From an archaeon (GTDB lineage: Archaea > B1Sed10-29 > JAJSAI01): 40,694 bases of DNA. The notes under the pieces are model-generated. The model saw nothing but the letters and a program-made list of their open reading frames with translations. It ran no database searches and was not told the origin of the DNA. Position numbers and translations under genes: made by a program. This document shows, in pieces, positions 21,991-31,330 of this stretch (position 1 is the stretch's first letter; every line of letters starts with the position of its first letter). Location of the stretch: NCBI GenBank assembly GCA_024274695.1, contig JAJSAI010000012.1:1-40694 (forward strand), given 5' to 3'.

Positions 21991-22481
21991 GCCCGGAGCA
22001 AAAAAAGAAGTTCCTGAAAATCGCAAGACCAAGACTAAACAAATGCATTTCGTGCGACGAAGAGGTCAGGAACGAGATCAGGAGAGGGCTCAAGAACGGG
22101 CGTGTTGACGAGAAGGTGCTGTCACTCTTTCCAGACGCGTACCCTGGCGTGTTACGCAGAGTAAAACGAGGAGACCCTGAACCCGTGCTCTCCTATTTCC
22201 TAACAGAGCATAACCTGAAAAGACTTGTCCTCTACAAGCAGACAGGAAGAGAAGAGTACCGGAAGTGCCTCGTCGTCCCAGGAGAGGTGGTCGGAGAAAA
22301 GGACGGCATGCTGCTGATAAGGGCTCCCGACGGTGTTCACACTACCAGAAAGCGGAAGGGATTCAGCAAGGGATCCAAGGTCCTCATACACGACGGAGAA
22401 GTTGTGGACATTCTCACCGAGAAAGAGTACTCTAAGATCAAGAGGATGTACGAAAGAACCCTGAAGTCACTTGAGTCTTGA
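21981..22481 (+). CDS. Hypothetical protein with C-terminal HypC-like OB domain
   Basis: CLVVPGEVV...KGSKVLIHDGEVVDILTEKE resembles HypC CLAIPGKVV...GDYVLVHVG. Confidence 0.55.
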   Translation: MVLSPEQKKKFLKIARPRLNKCISCDEEVRNEIRRGLKNGRVDEKVLSLFPDAYPGVLRRVKRGDPEPVLSYFLTEHNLKRLVLYKQTGREEYRKCLVVPGEVVGEKDGMLLIRAPDGVHTTRKRKGFSKGSKVLIHDGEVVDILTEKEYSKIKRMYERTLKSLES

Positions 22482-22925
22482 CAGGATCTCGTCCCTGACT
22501 TTCTCAGGATCCTTAAGGCCCCTGAGCACAACAGCGGGCCGGGAGTAACTGGACCTGGAAAAGACCCTTATGCTCTTGATCCCCAGCATTCTCTCGAACG
22601 GGCCCTCCACCAGCACCACCTCTGTTATTTTACTGTACGGCACTGTCTTCTGTACTCTGAAGACTATACCCTGACTAACCTCAATCCCTCTCCCGGTAAG
22701 CTTGTAGGAGACTGTTTTCACGAAAAAGAAGGCCCAGAGGTACGCGGCAAAAGGAGGGATAGTAAAGCATGCTACGAACAAAAGCAGCGCGGTGCCAAGA
22801 TCAGCGTGCTCAAGCGCCAAAGCCATGACAAGAGGGAGGGAAAAGACTATGAGCACGAGACCGAGGTAAGATCCCAGCTGCTGGAACAGCAGGTCATGCC
22901 TTACAGGCACCTCTTTCTCCCTCAT
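22467..22925 (-). CDS. Membrane protein with bacterial PH domain (bPH_2/YdbS-like)
   Basis: Two TMs then SYKLTGRGIEVSQGIV..VPYSKI..EGPFERMLGI. Start reassigned to ATG 22925. Confidence 0.8.
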   Translation of the reverse strand: MREKEVPVRHDLLFQQLGSYLGLVLIVFSLPLVMALALEHADLGTALLLFVACFTIPPFAAYLWAFFFVKTVSYKLTGRGIEVSQGIVFRVQKTVPYSKITEVVLVEGPFERMLGIKSIRVFSRSSYSRPAVVLRGLKDPEKVRDEILSRLK

Positions 22926-22976
22926 GCATAACAGGAGGAGAGTAATCTTTTTAAGCATTGTCTTCCTTTGGTTTTT

Positions 22977-23146
22977 GTGAGCCGTAAAAAGGCAAAAGCG
23001 AAGGATCTTGACAGGATCCTGCAAAAAGACAAGCTCGGAAACTGCTGAAGTCACAACTGGAAAAGGAGCTTGAAGAGATTCTGGAAAGGGATCCTGACGC
23101 GCTCAAAAAACTGCTTGAAAAGATTAAGGAGGAGGAAAAGGAATGA
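22977..23146 (+). pseudogene. Frameshifted small basic/acidic helical ORF coupled to a histone gene
   Basis: GTG 22977 frame ends at TGA 23048. The -1 frame continues RKLLKSQLEKELEEILERDPDALKKLLEKIKEEEKE to a TGA overlapping ATG 23143. Confidence 0.5.
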
Positions 23147-23487
23147 CTGAAGAAAAGGAATCCAGGGAAAAAGAGGAAACCCTTGTGTTCCCAAATGCTG
23201 TTATCGTGAGGGAGCTCAGAAAGTACATAGACAGGGACAAGATAATAAAAAAAGAGGTCAAAATCGCCGTGAACAAGTTCCTTGAGGAAGTGCTTGCAGA
23301 CATCGCGAAGAAAATGAACGAGTTCCCGTACGCTACCGTGGACTACCGGATGTTTCAGGAAGCGATAAGACCGTACAAGAAAGTAGGAGAGCTGGACAAG
23401 GAAAAGGAAAGGCTAAAAGCACACCTTGACGTTATAATCAAGGACTGCCAGAGCATTCAAAGGGACTTGGACGAGAAGCTCTCGTGA
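23143..23487 (+). CDS. Histone-fold protein with C-terminal coiled coil
   Basis: FPNAVIVRELRK..IIKKEVKIAVNKFLEEVL..ATVDYRMFQEAI histone fold followed by a heptad helix. Confidence 0.75.
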   Translation: MTEEKESREKEETLVFPNAVIVRELRKYIDRDKIIKKEVKIAVNKFLEEVLADIAKKMNEFPYATVDYRMFQEAIRPYKKVGELDKEKERLKAHLDVIIKDCQSIQRDLDEKLS

Positions 23488-23501
23488 AAACCCTCTCTTT
23501 T

Positions 23502-23972
23502 TTACACCGTTTTCAGCATTGAGTCCAGACGCTCTAAAATTTTTTCTCCGGTACTGGCATCAAACTCAAGTATTATAACATCAAGGGAGGCTGTAAAACA
23601 CGCTACTCTCCAAACAGGACTCTCCTCCTGGTGAATTGATATTATTTCCTTGGTTATCCTCCTCTTGTATCCCCTGGCTATCCTCCTGGCCTCCTCCAAG
23701 ATCTTTGAAGAAGACGTTCTTACTTCGCTGACTTCCAGCCGTGTCCTGCTCGCGGAAGGGTTTTGAACACCTTCTCTGACCTTGACCTCGCCGGAGACAA
23801 ACACGTTGAGAACATCAAAGGATCTCGGCAGAGAGTAGATGAGCGTCCACGCGTCAGTGCGCTCCCCGTCTGAAGTAATGCACACCGCAGAGGAAAGGTA
23901 GTACCCCCTCTCAAGCCTTTCCCCCAGTTCTTCGTTCTTCTCCGCTTTTTCTAAGGCCTCTTGGAATTCCAT
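23502..23972 (-). CDS. Hypothetical protein (PepSY-like C-terminus)
   Basis: SSKILEEARRIA...PVWRV...LEFDASTGEKI pattern. Confidence 0.65.
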   Translation of the reverse strand: MEFQEALEKAEKNEELGERLERGYYLSSAVCITSDGERTDAWTLIYSLPRSFDVLNVFVSGEVKVREGVQNPSASRTRLEVSEVRTSSSKILEEARRIARGYKRRITKEIISIHQEESPVWRVACFTASLDVIILEFDASTGEKILERLDSMLKTV

Positions 23973-24027
23973 GGTATATGGAATAGCATGAAATCATTTT
24001 TATACTTACCCTGAATATACAACGATC

Positions 24028-25842
24028 ATGAGCCAGAAGACGCATGCGGACATAAAAGCAATGAAAGCCACACAGTACCTCAAAGAACTTCCCAGCACCA
24101 GGTTCTCTCTGGCCGGCACTGTTCTCGTTTCTCTTGCTGCCGGGGCTGCTGCCGGCTGGACGTCAGGACTCGGAGTATGGTGGGGAATCAAGGCCAGCGC
24201 CTGGATAGTAATGCTGCCCGCGCTCCTGTCCGCATTCTTTTCCAGCCAGGCTTCCAGGCTCGCCAGCAAAAGACTTAGGACAAAAAGATCCGCGTACCTC
24301 GCGTTCTTCTCGTCACTCATAATCTCCGCGTTTCTACTGCTCGGATCTGTGATCCTTCACCAGGATCCCTGGACAGGAACCAATGTTATACTTTACGGTT
24401 TCGTGTTCGTGCTCGCGTTCAGGGTATTCGTACTAAGGGTAACCCACCCTTACAACATATTCCAGATAATGGGCCTTTCCAGCATTCATTTTTGCCTGGG
24501 GATCCTGGCACTGTACACCTCCCCCCTTCTGGGGGTGATGGCGTGGAACATGCCCGCGCTGACGATACTGGTAAAGTCAGTGGTGTCCCTTCTGGTAATA
24601 TTCGGCGGCATGGTCTTCTTTTTCGCGCTGATAAACGCTCCGATGAAAAGGAACTTCGGAGTGACCTCAACCAGCCTCATAATGTCCTTCATAGAACACT
24701 GGTTTGACAAGACAGACCTGCTGGAAAAGAACCTCAAACCATTGTCAGAAAAAACAGACACTCTTGTGAGCGTTCTCCACTTCAAAACCCGCAGCGGAAG
24801 AGAGGCTGTCCTGCTGACCCCAATCTTGCACCCCGGCCCCTTCGGGTTCGTCGGCGGGGGCAAGCTCACGAAGCACCTGACGGAAAGAATAGAAAAGAGA
24901 ACAGGAGCGACTGTCATAATAGGCCACGGGACTGCAACACACGATCTCAACCCTGTGGACACAGAATCGCTGGACAAGGTGGTCAGGGAAACGTTACAGC
25001 GGCTGAAAAAACTAGAGTACTCCGCTAAAGCAACAGGGCCTGTAAGGGTAAAAGAGGGAGACTATAATCTTTTGGGAATAAAGTTTGACGGCATGATACT
25101 CGGGATTTCAACATTCTCCCCCAAACCCACGGAGGACATTGACACTTCCGTAGGACTCGCGCTAGCGTCCAACATAGGGGGGAACGCGCATAAGGTCATG
25201 TACATTGACGCGCACAACTGCTACAAGACAGGAAAGTACGCGATATTCTCCGGAAGCTCTAAAGTGTTTATGATGCTGAAGGGCGCGAAGAAACTGCGCG
25301 AGAAGATACTAAGAAAGAGACCTGGGAAACTGCGTGTCGGATGGCACGTGGACCCGCTGGAAGGATACACGCTGAAAGACGGTGTGGGGCCCACTGGCCT
25401 TAGGGCGATCGTGATAGAGTCGGGCGGAAAGAAGACCGCGCTGATCGTGTTCGACGCAAACAACATGAAAAAAGGGCTCAGGGAGAAAATCCTCTCCCGC
25501 TTGAAGGAGGAGGGGTTTGACGAGGCTGAAGTGATGACCACAGATTCCCACTGTGTTAACAACGTCCAGGGAGGGGAAAATCCTCTCGGGGAGAGAATAC
25601 CCGAAGAGGAGATCATTGAAAAGAGCGTGAACGCGGCCCTGAAAGCCGCAGAAAACCTTGAGGAAGCAGTAGTGGGAGGAGATGTTTTCAGGGTCAGGGG
25701 CGTGAACGTGTTCGGCCCTCAGAAGGCACCCCAGCTAACAGCCACGATAAACTCTGTTATCGCGATAGCGAAGGTGGCCGGACCTGTTATACTCACCCTC
25801 TCGCTTGCGGTGTCTCTCCTTGCGATAATACTCTTAGGGTGA
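24028..25842 (+). CDS. DUF2070 membrane protein (neutral-ceramidase-superfamily predicted lipid hydrolase)
   Basis: Multi-TM N-terminus; HPGPFG, HGTATHDLNP, DAHN, DANNM, TTDSH motifs. Confidence 0.85.
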   Translation: MSQKTHADIKAMKATQYLKELPSTRFSLAGTVLVSLAAGAAAGWTSGLGVWWGIKASAWIVMLPALLSAFFSSQASRLASKRLRTKRSAYLAFFSSLIISAFLLLGSVILHQDPWTGTNVILYGFVFVLAFRVFVLRVTHPYNIFQIMGLSSIHFCLGILALYTSPLLGVMAWNMPALTILVKSVVSLLVIFGGMVFFFALINAPMKRNFGVTSTSLIMSFIEHWFDKTDLLEKNLKPLSEKTDTLVSVLHFKTRSGREAVLLTPILHPGPFGFVGGGKLTKHLTERIEKRTGATVIIGHGTATHDLNPVDTESLDKVVRETLQRLKKLEYSAKATGPVRVKEGDYNLLGIKFDGMILGISTFSPKPTEDIDTSVGLALASNIGGNAHKVMYIDAHNCYKTGKYAIFSGSSKVFMMLKGAKKLREKILRKRPGKLRVGWHVDPLEGYTLKDGVGPTGLRAIVIESGGKKTALIVFDANNMKKGLREKILSRLKEEGFDEAEVMTTDSHCVNNVQGGENPLGERIPEEEIIEKSVNAALKAAENLEEAVVGGDVFRVRGVNVFGPQKAPQLTATINSVIAIAKVAGPVILTLSLAVSLLAIILLG

Positions 25843-26981
25843 AAAGAATGAGGATAGGCTTCTTCACCGAAACATTCTATCCTCAGTCCAACGGGGTTGT
25901 CACGAGCATAGAGTCTTTCGGAGGAGAGCTCGTAAGAAGAGGGCACAGAGTGCACGTGTTCTGCCCGTTCCAGGGGGATGGGGAGCGGCTGGGAATGAAG
26001 GTTCACGGGTTCCCTTCAGTCACCTTCAAGCCCTATCCTGAGTTCAAGGTCGCGCTCCCGGTGCTGAAAAGGATCCCTGAACTGGATATAGTGCACACCC
26101 ACGGGCCTTTCACGATGGGGTCCCTTGGGCTCGCTGTCGCCAAAAAGAGAAAAATCCACGCCATAAGCACCTTCCACACATTGCTGCCGGAGTACGTTGA
26201 CTACGTGACCAAAATAGACTACCTGAAAGGAGTGCTTGAGAAAGTCATGTGGTCGTACCTCAAGAGGCACTACAGATGGTACGATCTCGTGATCTCCCCG
26301 AGCAATGCGATAAAAAGAATACTGGAAGAGAAAACTGGCCTTGAGAGAATAGAGGTGCTGCCCACTGGGGTTGATGTGAAAAAACTTAAGCCGACGCCCA
26401 GGAAGAAGGCAAGAGAAAAACTGGGGATACCAGAGGAAGAGAACGTCCTGTTGTTCCTGGGAAGGCTCTCCTATGAGAAGAGCATAGATGACGTGATAAG
26501 GGCTGTCAGGGGACACGAGAGTATAACCCTGTACATTGCAGGAAGAGGGCCAGCAGAACCAGACCTTAAGACACTGGCCAGGAAGCTGAGGGTGAAGAAC
26601 GTGAAGTTCCTTGGCTTCGTCCCGGAAGAGGAGAAGGCGCTATACTATTCTGCCGCGGATGCCTTTGTAATGCCCAGCAGGACGGACACGCAGGGTCTTG
26701 TGGTGCTGGAGGCCATGGCGTGTGGTTGTCCTGTCATAGCTGCTGATGCCCTCGCCCTGCCTGAGTTCGTAGACCATGGGAAGAACGGGTACTTGTACGA
26801 TCCGGAAAAACCTGAGGAGATCGCTTCCCTCTTCCTGGAGAACATTACGATGCTCAGGAGGATGAGAAAAACGGCCAGGATGACCGCGGAGGAGTACTCG
26901 GTGGAAGCGCAGACGAGCAAGCTGGAAAAGGTGTATGAAGAGGTACTAGCCTCCCCTGTCAGAATAAGAGGTGGACGCTGA
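25839..26981 (+). CDS. GT4 glycosyltransferase (monoglycosyl-diacylglycerol-synthase-like)
   Basis: TETFYPQSNGVVTS, STFHT, GRLSYEK, DTQGLVVLEAMACG. Confidence 0.9.
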   Translation: MKRMRIGFFTETFYPQSNGVVTSIESFGGELVRRGHRVHVFCPFQGDGERLGMKVHGFPSVTFKPYPEFKVALPVLKRIPELDIVHTHGPFTMGSLGLAVAKKRKIHAISTFHTLLPEYVDYVTKIDYLKGVLEKVMWSYLKRHYRWYDLVISPSNAIKRILEEKTGLERIEVLPTGVDVKKLKPTPRKKAREKLGIPEEENVLLFLGRLSYEKSIDDVIRAVRGHESITLYIAGRGPAEPDLKTLARKLRVKNVKFLGFVPEEEKALYYSAADAFVMPSRTDTQGLVVLEAMACGCPVIAADALALPEFVDHGKNGYLYDPEKPEEIASLFLENITMLRRMRKTARMTAEEYSVEAQTSKLEKVYEEVLASPVRIRGGR

Positions 26982-27644
26982 CTTCAGAAGGTATACTTCA
27001 AGGTATGCCTTCCAGAACTTTAGGGTCATTCGGAGGTAGCCGTTCTTATTGAACCTCCGGGTGCTGGAGAACACGACAAGCTTCGGATCCCAGACCACTC
27101 TCCCGTACTTTCTCGCCCTGTTACCCAGCTCGTTGTCCTCAAGGGCCATAAGGCCTGGTCTGAATCCTCCCATTTTAAGGAACGTTCTTTTCCGGAAGAT
27201 CATGTTAGGCCCTTGGAACTGGTAGAACCCGAAAGCTGCGGTGATCCTCGGGAAAAGGTTCGCGGTCAGCAGGTACATGATCTCGTGCTTTAATCCGTCT
27301 TCCAGGGGGCGCAGGGGACCGCTGGCCGCCACGGTCTCAGGGTCAGAGAAGATTCTGCGGACCCTTTCAACCCATCCTTTTCCCAGCACCGCGTCAGCGT
27401 CAACAAAGCATAGGATGTCTCCTTTCGCTTTCTCCGCTCCCTTGTTCCTGGCAGGACCTGCTCCCCTCGGTTTTTGTAGTAGTACTCTTGCCCCGTACTC
27501 TCTCGCGATTTCCCTGGTGCGGTCCTTACTGTAGGCGTCAACGACTATGACCTCGGCGTCCGGCGCCTGAGCCCTTATTTCTTCCAGGCACGCGCTTACG
27601 TGCTCTTCCTCGTTCATGGTTGGTATTATAAAAGAGAGTTTCAC
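26946..27644 (-). CDS. GT2 glycosyltransferase
   Basis: SFIIPTMNEE, VVDAYSKDRT, ARNKG, FVDAD, LED. Confidence 0.92.
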   Translation of the reverse strand: MKLSFIIPTMNEEEHVSACLEEIRAQAPDAEVIVVDAYSKDRTREIAREYGARVLLQKPRGAGPARNKGAEKAKGDILCFVDADAVLGKGWVERVRRIFSDPETVAASGPLRPLEDGLKHEIMYLLTANLFPRITAAFGFYQFQGPNMIFRKRTFLKMGGFRPGLMALEDNELGNRARKYGRVVWDPKLVVFSSTRRFNKNGYLRMTLKFWKAYLEVYLLKSASTSYSDRGG

Positions 27645-28804
27645 CCGAGCACCTCTTTATAGAAGCTGAAGGTCTTGTCCGCGATTATGTTCCACTCAAA
27701 CTTTTCCTCCGCGATTCTCCTGCTCTCCGCGCCCATCCTCCTGCGGAGGCTCTTGTCTGACAAGAGGGTGTTAATGTAACGCACCATTGAGTCAACGTCC
27801 CTCATCCTGAACACGTACCCGTTCCTCTCGTGCTCCACGATTTCAGGGTTCCCTCCCGCGTTGCTGGCTACGAGGGGAACCCCACAGGCCAGTGCTTCAA
27901 GCAGGGATATTGGCAGAACCTCCCAGAGGGATGGGAGAACGTAAACGTCACTCGCAGAATAGAGCGCGGGAAGCCTTTCTTCCGGGACGAACCCTGTGAA
28001 CTTGACGTTCTCCTGCAGGCCAAGTTTTCTGACCATCTTCTCAAGGACGGGCTTTGATTTTCCTTTCCCTGTGATCAGAAGAACCGTGCTCGGATGCTCC
28101 TGAAGTATTTCAGGCATCCCCCGGAGCAGGTACTCTACTCCTTTCTGTTTTATGAGCCGTCCTAAGAAGAGTATCACGTTATCATAACCTGAAGCGAGTT
28201 CTTCCCTCATCCCATCATCAACTGGTCTGAAGAAGGAGGTGTCAACACCATTGTGTATCACGGTTATCTTGGACTCGTCCACCTCGGGGTAGTGGGTTAT
28301 GTCTTCCTTCACGGCGTGACTCACTGCTATTATGTTGTCAGCCTCCCCTAAGACCTTGGCCCCGTGAAGCCTATCAAACAGCGTGCCTATAACGCTTATG
28401 GCAGGGGAGATACCCAAAGGCCTCTGGTTGTGGAGGGTCATGAAAAACTTTTTCCCGTTCGCGTGAGCATGCTTTCGGCAGTACGAGAAGTCAGGGAACC
28501 ATCTCCCGTGCAAGTGGAACGCCTGAAAATCAAACTCCGCGTCTATTTCCTTTATTCTCTTCTTGGCTTCGGGTGCAAGTGTCAGAGGTGGAGGGTATAT
28601 GAGAGGCGCTTTTATGAACTTTGCCCGGACCCGGTGAACATGCATTCCTTCCACGTTTTCCTCCACATCAGTCCCGTCCAGGCGGGACGTGAGAACGTGC
28701 ACTTCCATTCTCTTAGCGAGCCTTCTTCCAAGCTCGTACATGTGCTTTTCTACGCCGCCCGTGTAGGGATAAAAAAAGGCGTTGACGAGACAGACCCTCA
28801 TCAT
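27641..28804 (-). CDS. GT4 glycosyltransferase
   Basis: YPYTGGVE, IHNGVD, GRLIKQKG, EVLPISLLEALACG. Confidence 0.92.
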   Translation of the reverse strand: MMRVCLVNAFFYPYTGGVEKHMYELGRRLAKRMEVHVLTSRLDGTDVEENVEGMHVHRVRAKFIKAPLIYPPPLTLAPEAKKRIKEIDAEFDFQAFHLHGRWFPDFSYCRKHAHANGKKFFMTLHNQRPLGISPAISVIGTLFDRLHGAKVLGEADNIIAVSHAVKEDITHYPEVDESKITVIHNGVDTSFFRPVDDGMREELASGYDNVILFLGRLIKQKGVEYLLRGMPEILQEHPSTVLLITGKGKSKPVLEKMVRKLGLQENVKFTGFVPEERLPALYSASDVYVLPSLWEVLPISLLEALACGVPLVASNAGGNPEIVEHERNGYVFRMRDVDSMVRYINTLLSDKSLRRRMGAESRRIAEEKFEWNIIADKTFSFYKEVLG

Positions 28805-28811
28805 AACCGGT

Positions 28812-29642
28812 TCACCATCCTAGAGCGTATCTTATTATGGAGTATATGAACGCGAGTATTATTAGTATGAACAGCAGCTTGAAGAAGAACTGGGGGACTT
28901 CAAGCGGCTGGTACTTCCTCACAACAGTTACCTTTCTACCGGAGGCCGCTGCAGCCCCGCTCCTTCCCCCACCCCCGTTATCGGGGCCTGGAGGTTCGGG
29001 TCCTGGGGGTTCAGGTTCTGGGCCTGGGCCGGGAGGTTCTGGCTCGGGCTTGTTCTTATCTTCGTCTCGCTTTTTCCGGGACTTTAAAGGCTTTGCTTCC
29101 ACCAGCCTGGCCAGCAGACCCTCTTGAGCCAGCCACTGGAGCGTGTTTTCAAGGGCCTTCCTCGCCTCCTCAGACCCTGCGGGTATCGGGATCCATGCCT
29201 TGACGATCTCGTACTTCCTCTCTTTTCTTTCGCCTTTTTCTGTCTCTCTCAACAGTTCAACAGAAGCGCCGCGAATGTTGAGCTCGTTAAACTTTTCCTT
29301 AATCCGCTCGAAAACAGACGGGGGCATTAAAACGACGTAATACTTCTGCCCTTCTCTCTTGACAGTGATCTTTTTCAGGAAAGTCTGCATTTCCTTGGAG
29401 TGTTTTTCAGGCAAGAATTCTGAAAAGCGCACGCCCGTGCTAAGGCCCTGCGAGTGATAGTATTCATAAACTCTTTTCCTGAATTCTTTTGACTCTGATT
29501 CAAGGTTCTCCAGTTCCACCCCAAACTGCTTCTTCCATTCCGCGAGCTTTTTCTCAAGAGTCTTCCTTCTCTCGTATCTTTTCCTGAGAGTTTCCCTCAC
29601 ATCAGCAGAGGGACCTTTGGAGATTGTTTTTTTCTTTACCAT
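28812..29642 (-). CDS. Tail-anchored protein with Pro/Gly-rich linker
   Basis: Basic cytoplasmic domain, PEPEPPGP repeats, C-terminal TM. Confidence 0.7.
   Translation of the reverse strand: MVKKKTISKGPSADVRETLRKRYERRKTLEKKLAEWKKQFGVELENLESESKEFRKRVYEYYHSQGLSTGVRFSEFLPEKHSKEMQTFLKKITVKREGQKYYVVLMPPSVFERIKEKFNELNIRGASVELLRETEKGERKERKYEIVKAWIPIPAGSEEARKALENTLQWLAQEGLLARLVEAKPLKSRKKRDEDKNKPEPEPPGPGPEPEPPGPEPPGPDNGGGGRSGAAAASGRKVTVVRKYQPLEVPQFFFKLLFILIILAFIYSIIRYALGW
28966..29049 (-). repeat. Coding low-complexity repeat (PEPEPPGP)x~3 plus poly-Gly
   Basis: Translates to PEPEPPGPGPEPEPPGPEPPGPDNGGGG. Confidence 0.7.
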
Positions 29643-29704
29643 CAGCTTTTAATACAAAGTTCGTCCTTTAAAACTCTTGGGGGAGACCCCTGGGAGATGG
29701 CAGC

Positions 29705-30028
29705 ATGAACGAACTGCAGGAGTTAACAAAGTCCCTGATGCACAGGTCAAGAGCGTGTTACCTTACCATAATGGGCAACCAGAGGATCCACGCTTATTCT
29801 ATGATAGCTGGCTTGGCCGACCTTGAGTCCAGACTCTACGCTTGGAACATGGGGTACCTGGCGAAGAATGTTGAAAAAGCGATAGATACGTGCGAGAGAT
29901 GCATTAAGACAACCCTTCTCACAGGAAGATGCTATAAGTGCTCAAGAGCACTAATAGAAGAGATAGACAGGGAAGTATCCCAGATTCCTCCGTCCAAGTG
30001 GGAACACATGAAAATGAGTGAAGAGTGA
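29705..30028 (+). CDS. Hypothetical protein with two CxxC motifs
   Basis: CERC and CYKC; abuts the next gene. Confidence 0.65.
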   Translation: MNELQELTKSLMHRSRACYLTIMGNQRIHAYSMIAGLADLESRLYAWNMGYLAKNVEKAIDTCERCIKTTLLTGRCYKCSRALIEEIDREVSQIPPSKWEHMKMSEE

Positions 30029-30985
30029 ATGCTGGGACACGCGGTCCTGTTTGCGCTGGGCGCGTTAGGTGTTTTCGCGTTCAGTAGCCTGGTCATACGC
30101 GAGGCATCAAAGGTTGCGGAGATGCTGGGCAGGAGTCTTGCGGCGGTCGGTTTTTTGCTCTTGGCCGTGAGCACTAGCCTGCCCGAGCTTCTCGTGAACG
30201 TGTTCACCGCGGCAGAAGGCCAGGTCATGGTCGGGATAGGTAATGTTATCGGCTCCAACATCGCTAACATCTGTTTAGTGTTCGGCATAGCGGCTGTCAT
30301 AGCCAGGGTCAGGGTGCCGTACGAGTCACTGGTGACCAACGCGGAGATCCTTCTTTTTATTTCCGTAGCCCCCTTGACATTACTGCCGGTGCAGTCAAGC
30401 GTGCTGGCTACCGGGATAGTCCTCTTATCCGCGTTCAACGTGTACGTGTACTACATACTCTCCAGGGAAAAGAAAACCGCAGTGTACTACCTTCACGTGC
30501 CGGAAGGGGACATGAGGGAAGTGCACGTGCGCGAGAGAGCAGAGCTCGCTCCAGTCGCATTATTCCTGGTAGGAGTGGCGGGCACAGTACTCTCCAGCAG
30601 GATTCTGGTAGACCACGGGCTCGCGATCGTGCAGGAGTTGGGCGTGCTGCCATCGTTTTTCGGGGCGACGGCCATCGCGGTAAGCACAAGCCTGCCTGAA
30701 ATAGTTATAGACACGCGGGCAATCAGAAGGGGAATGACAAGCCTTGCTGTCGGGGATATTCTCGGAAGCTGCGTGGTTAACATGAGTCTCGTTCTGGGCG
30801 TAAGCCTGCTAATCGGGAAGAGTGTTCAGGGAGCTATCCTCACTCCGCTGCTAGTAATGTCAATGGTGCCTCCAGTAATACTCTGGTATTCCCTGGTCAA
30901 GCACGAGGGCGTTCCAAGGAACGTTGGACTCGTGCTTCTCGGGTACTATGCCCTGTTCCTGGCGAGGCAGTTCTCCTGGGCTTGA
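30029..30985 (+). CDS. CaCA family Na+/Ca2+ antiporter
   Basis: Two alpha repeats STSLPE..GNVIGSN and STSLPE..GDILGS. Confidence 0.9.
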   Translation: MLGHAVLFALGALGVFAFSSLVIREASKVAEMLGRSLAAVGFLLLAVSTSLPELLVNVFTAAEGQVMVGIGNVIGSNIANICLVFGIAAVIARVRVPYESLVTNAEILLFISVAPLTLLPVQSSVLATGIVLLSAFNVYVYYILSREKKTAVYYLHVPEGDMREVHVRERAELAPVALFLVGVAGTVLSSRILVDHGLAIVQELGVLPSFFGATAIAVSTSLPEIVIDTRAIRRGMTSLAVGDILGSCVVNMSLVLGVSLLIGKSVQGAILTPLLVMSMVPPVILWYSLVKHEGVPRNVGLVLLGYYALFLARQFSWA

Positions 30986-31033
30986 GGCACGGCCGAGGTA
31001 ATGCTTTAAAACCCTAACGCTGTTGTTTATCCC

Positions 31034-31330
31034 ATGGAAAGTGATGTGATCCTGCTGGCGGCAGTCAACCTATTCCTTTTGATCATACTCCTGGTGACCG
31101 TCAGAAAGTACCTGGGCCTAAAGCCGACTGAACAACCGAAGGCAGTTCACACGAGCAAGCTGGAGAGGATAAAGAGAGTCATCTCAGAACCTGAAGAAGA
31201 AGACAACTTGAAAGCGTTCGTTCTCGGTATGATCGCCGCGGGCAAGACCGATGAGGAGATCGTCTCAGCCCTCCGGAACAAGGGGCTTAGGGAAAGGGAT
31301 ATTAGGAGCCTGCTGGAGGAGACCGAATGA
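31034..31330 (+). CDS. Small N-anchored membrane protein
   Basis: N-terminal TM and small helical C-domain; overlaps the next start. Confidence 0.65.
   Translation: MESDVILLAAVNLFLLIILLVTVRKYLGLKPTEQPKAVHTSKLERIKRVISEPEEEDNLKAFVLGMIAAGKTDEEIVSALRNKGLRERDIRSLLEETE

Noticed and set aside
28966-29049. Short direct repeats resembling a CRISPR or VNTR
   Set aside because: In-frame Pro/Glu/Gly codon repeats with synonymous variation; no spacers or cas genes.
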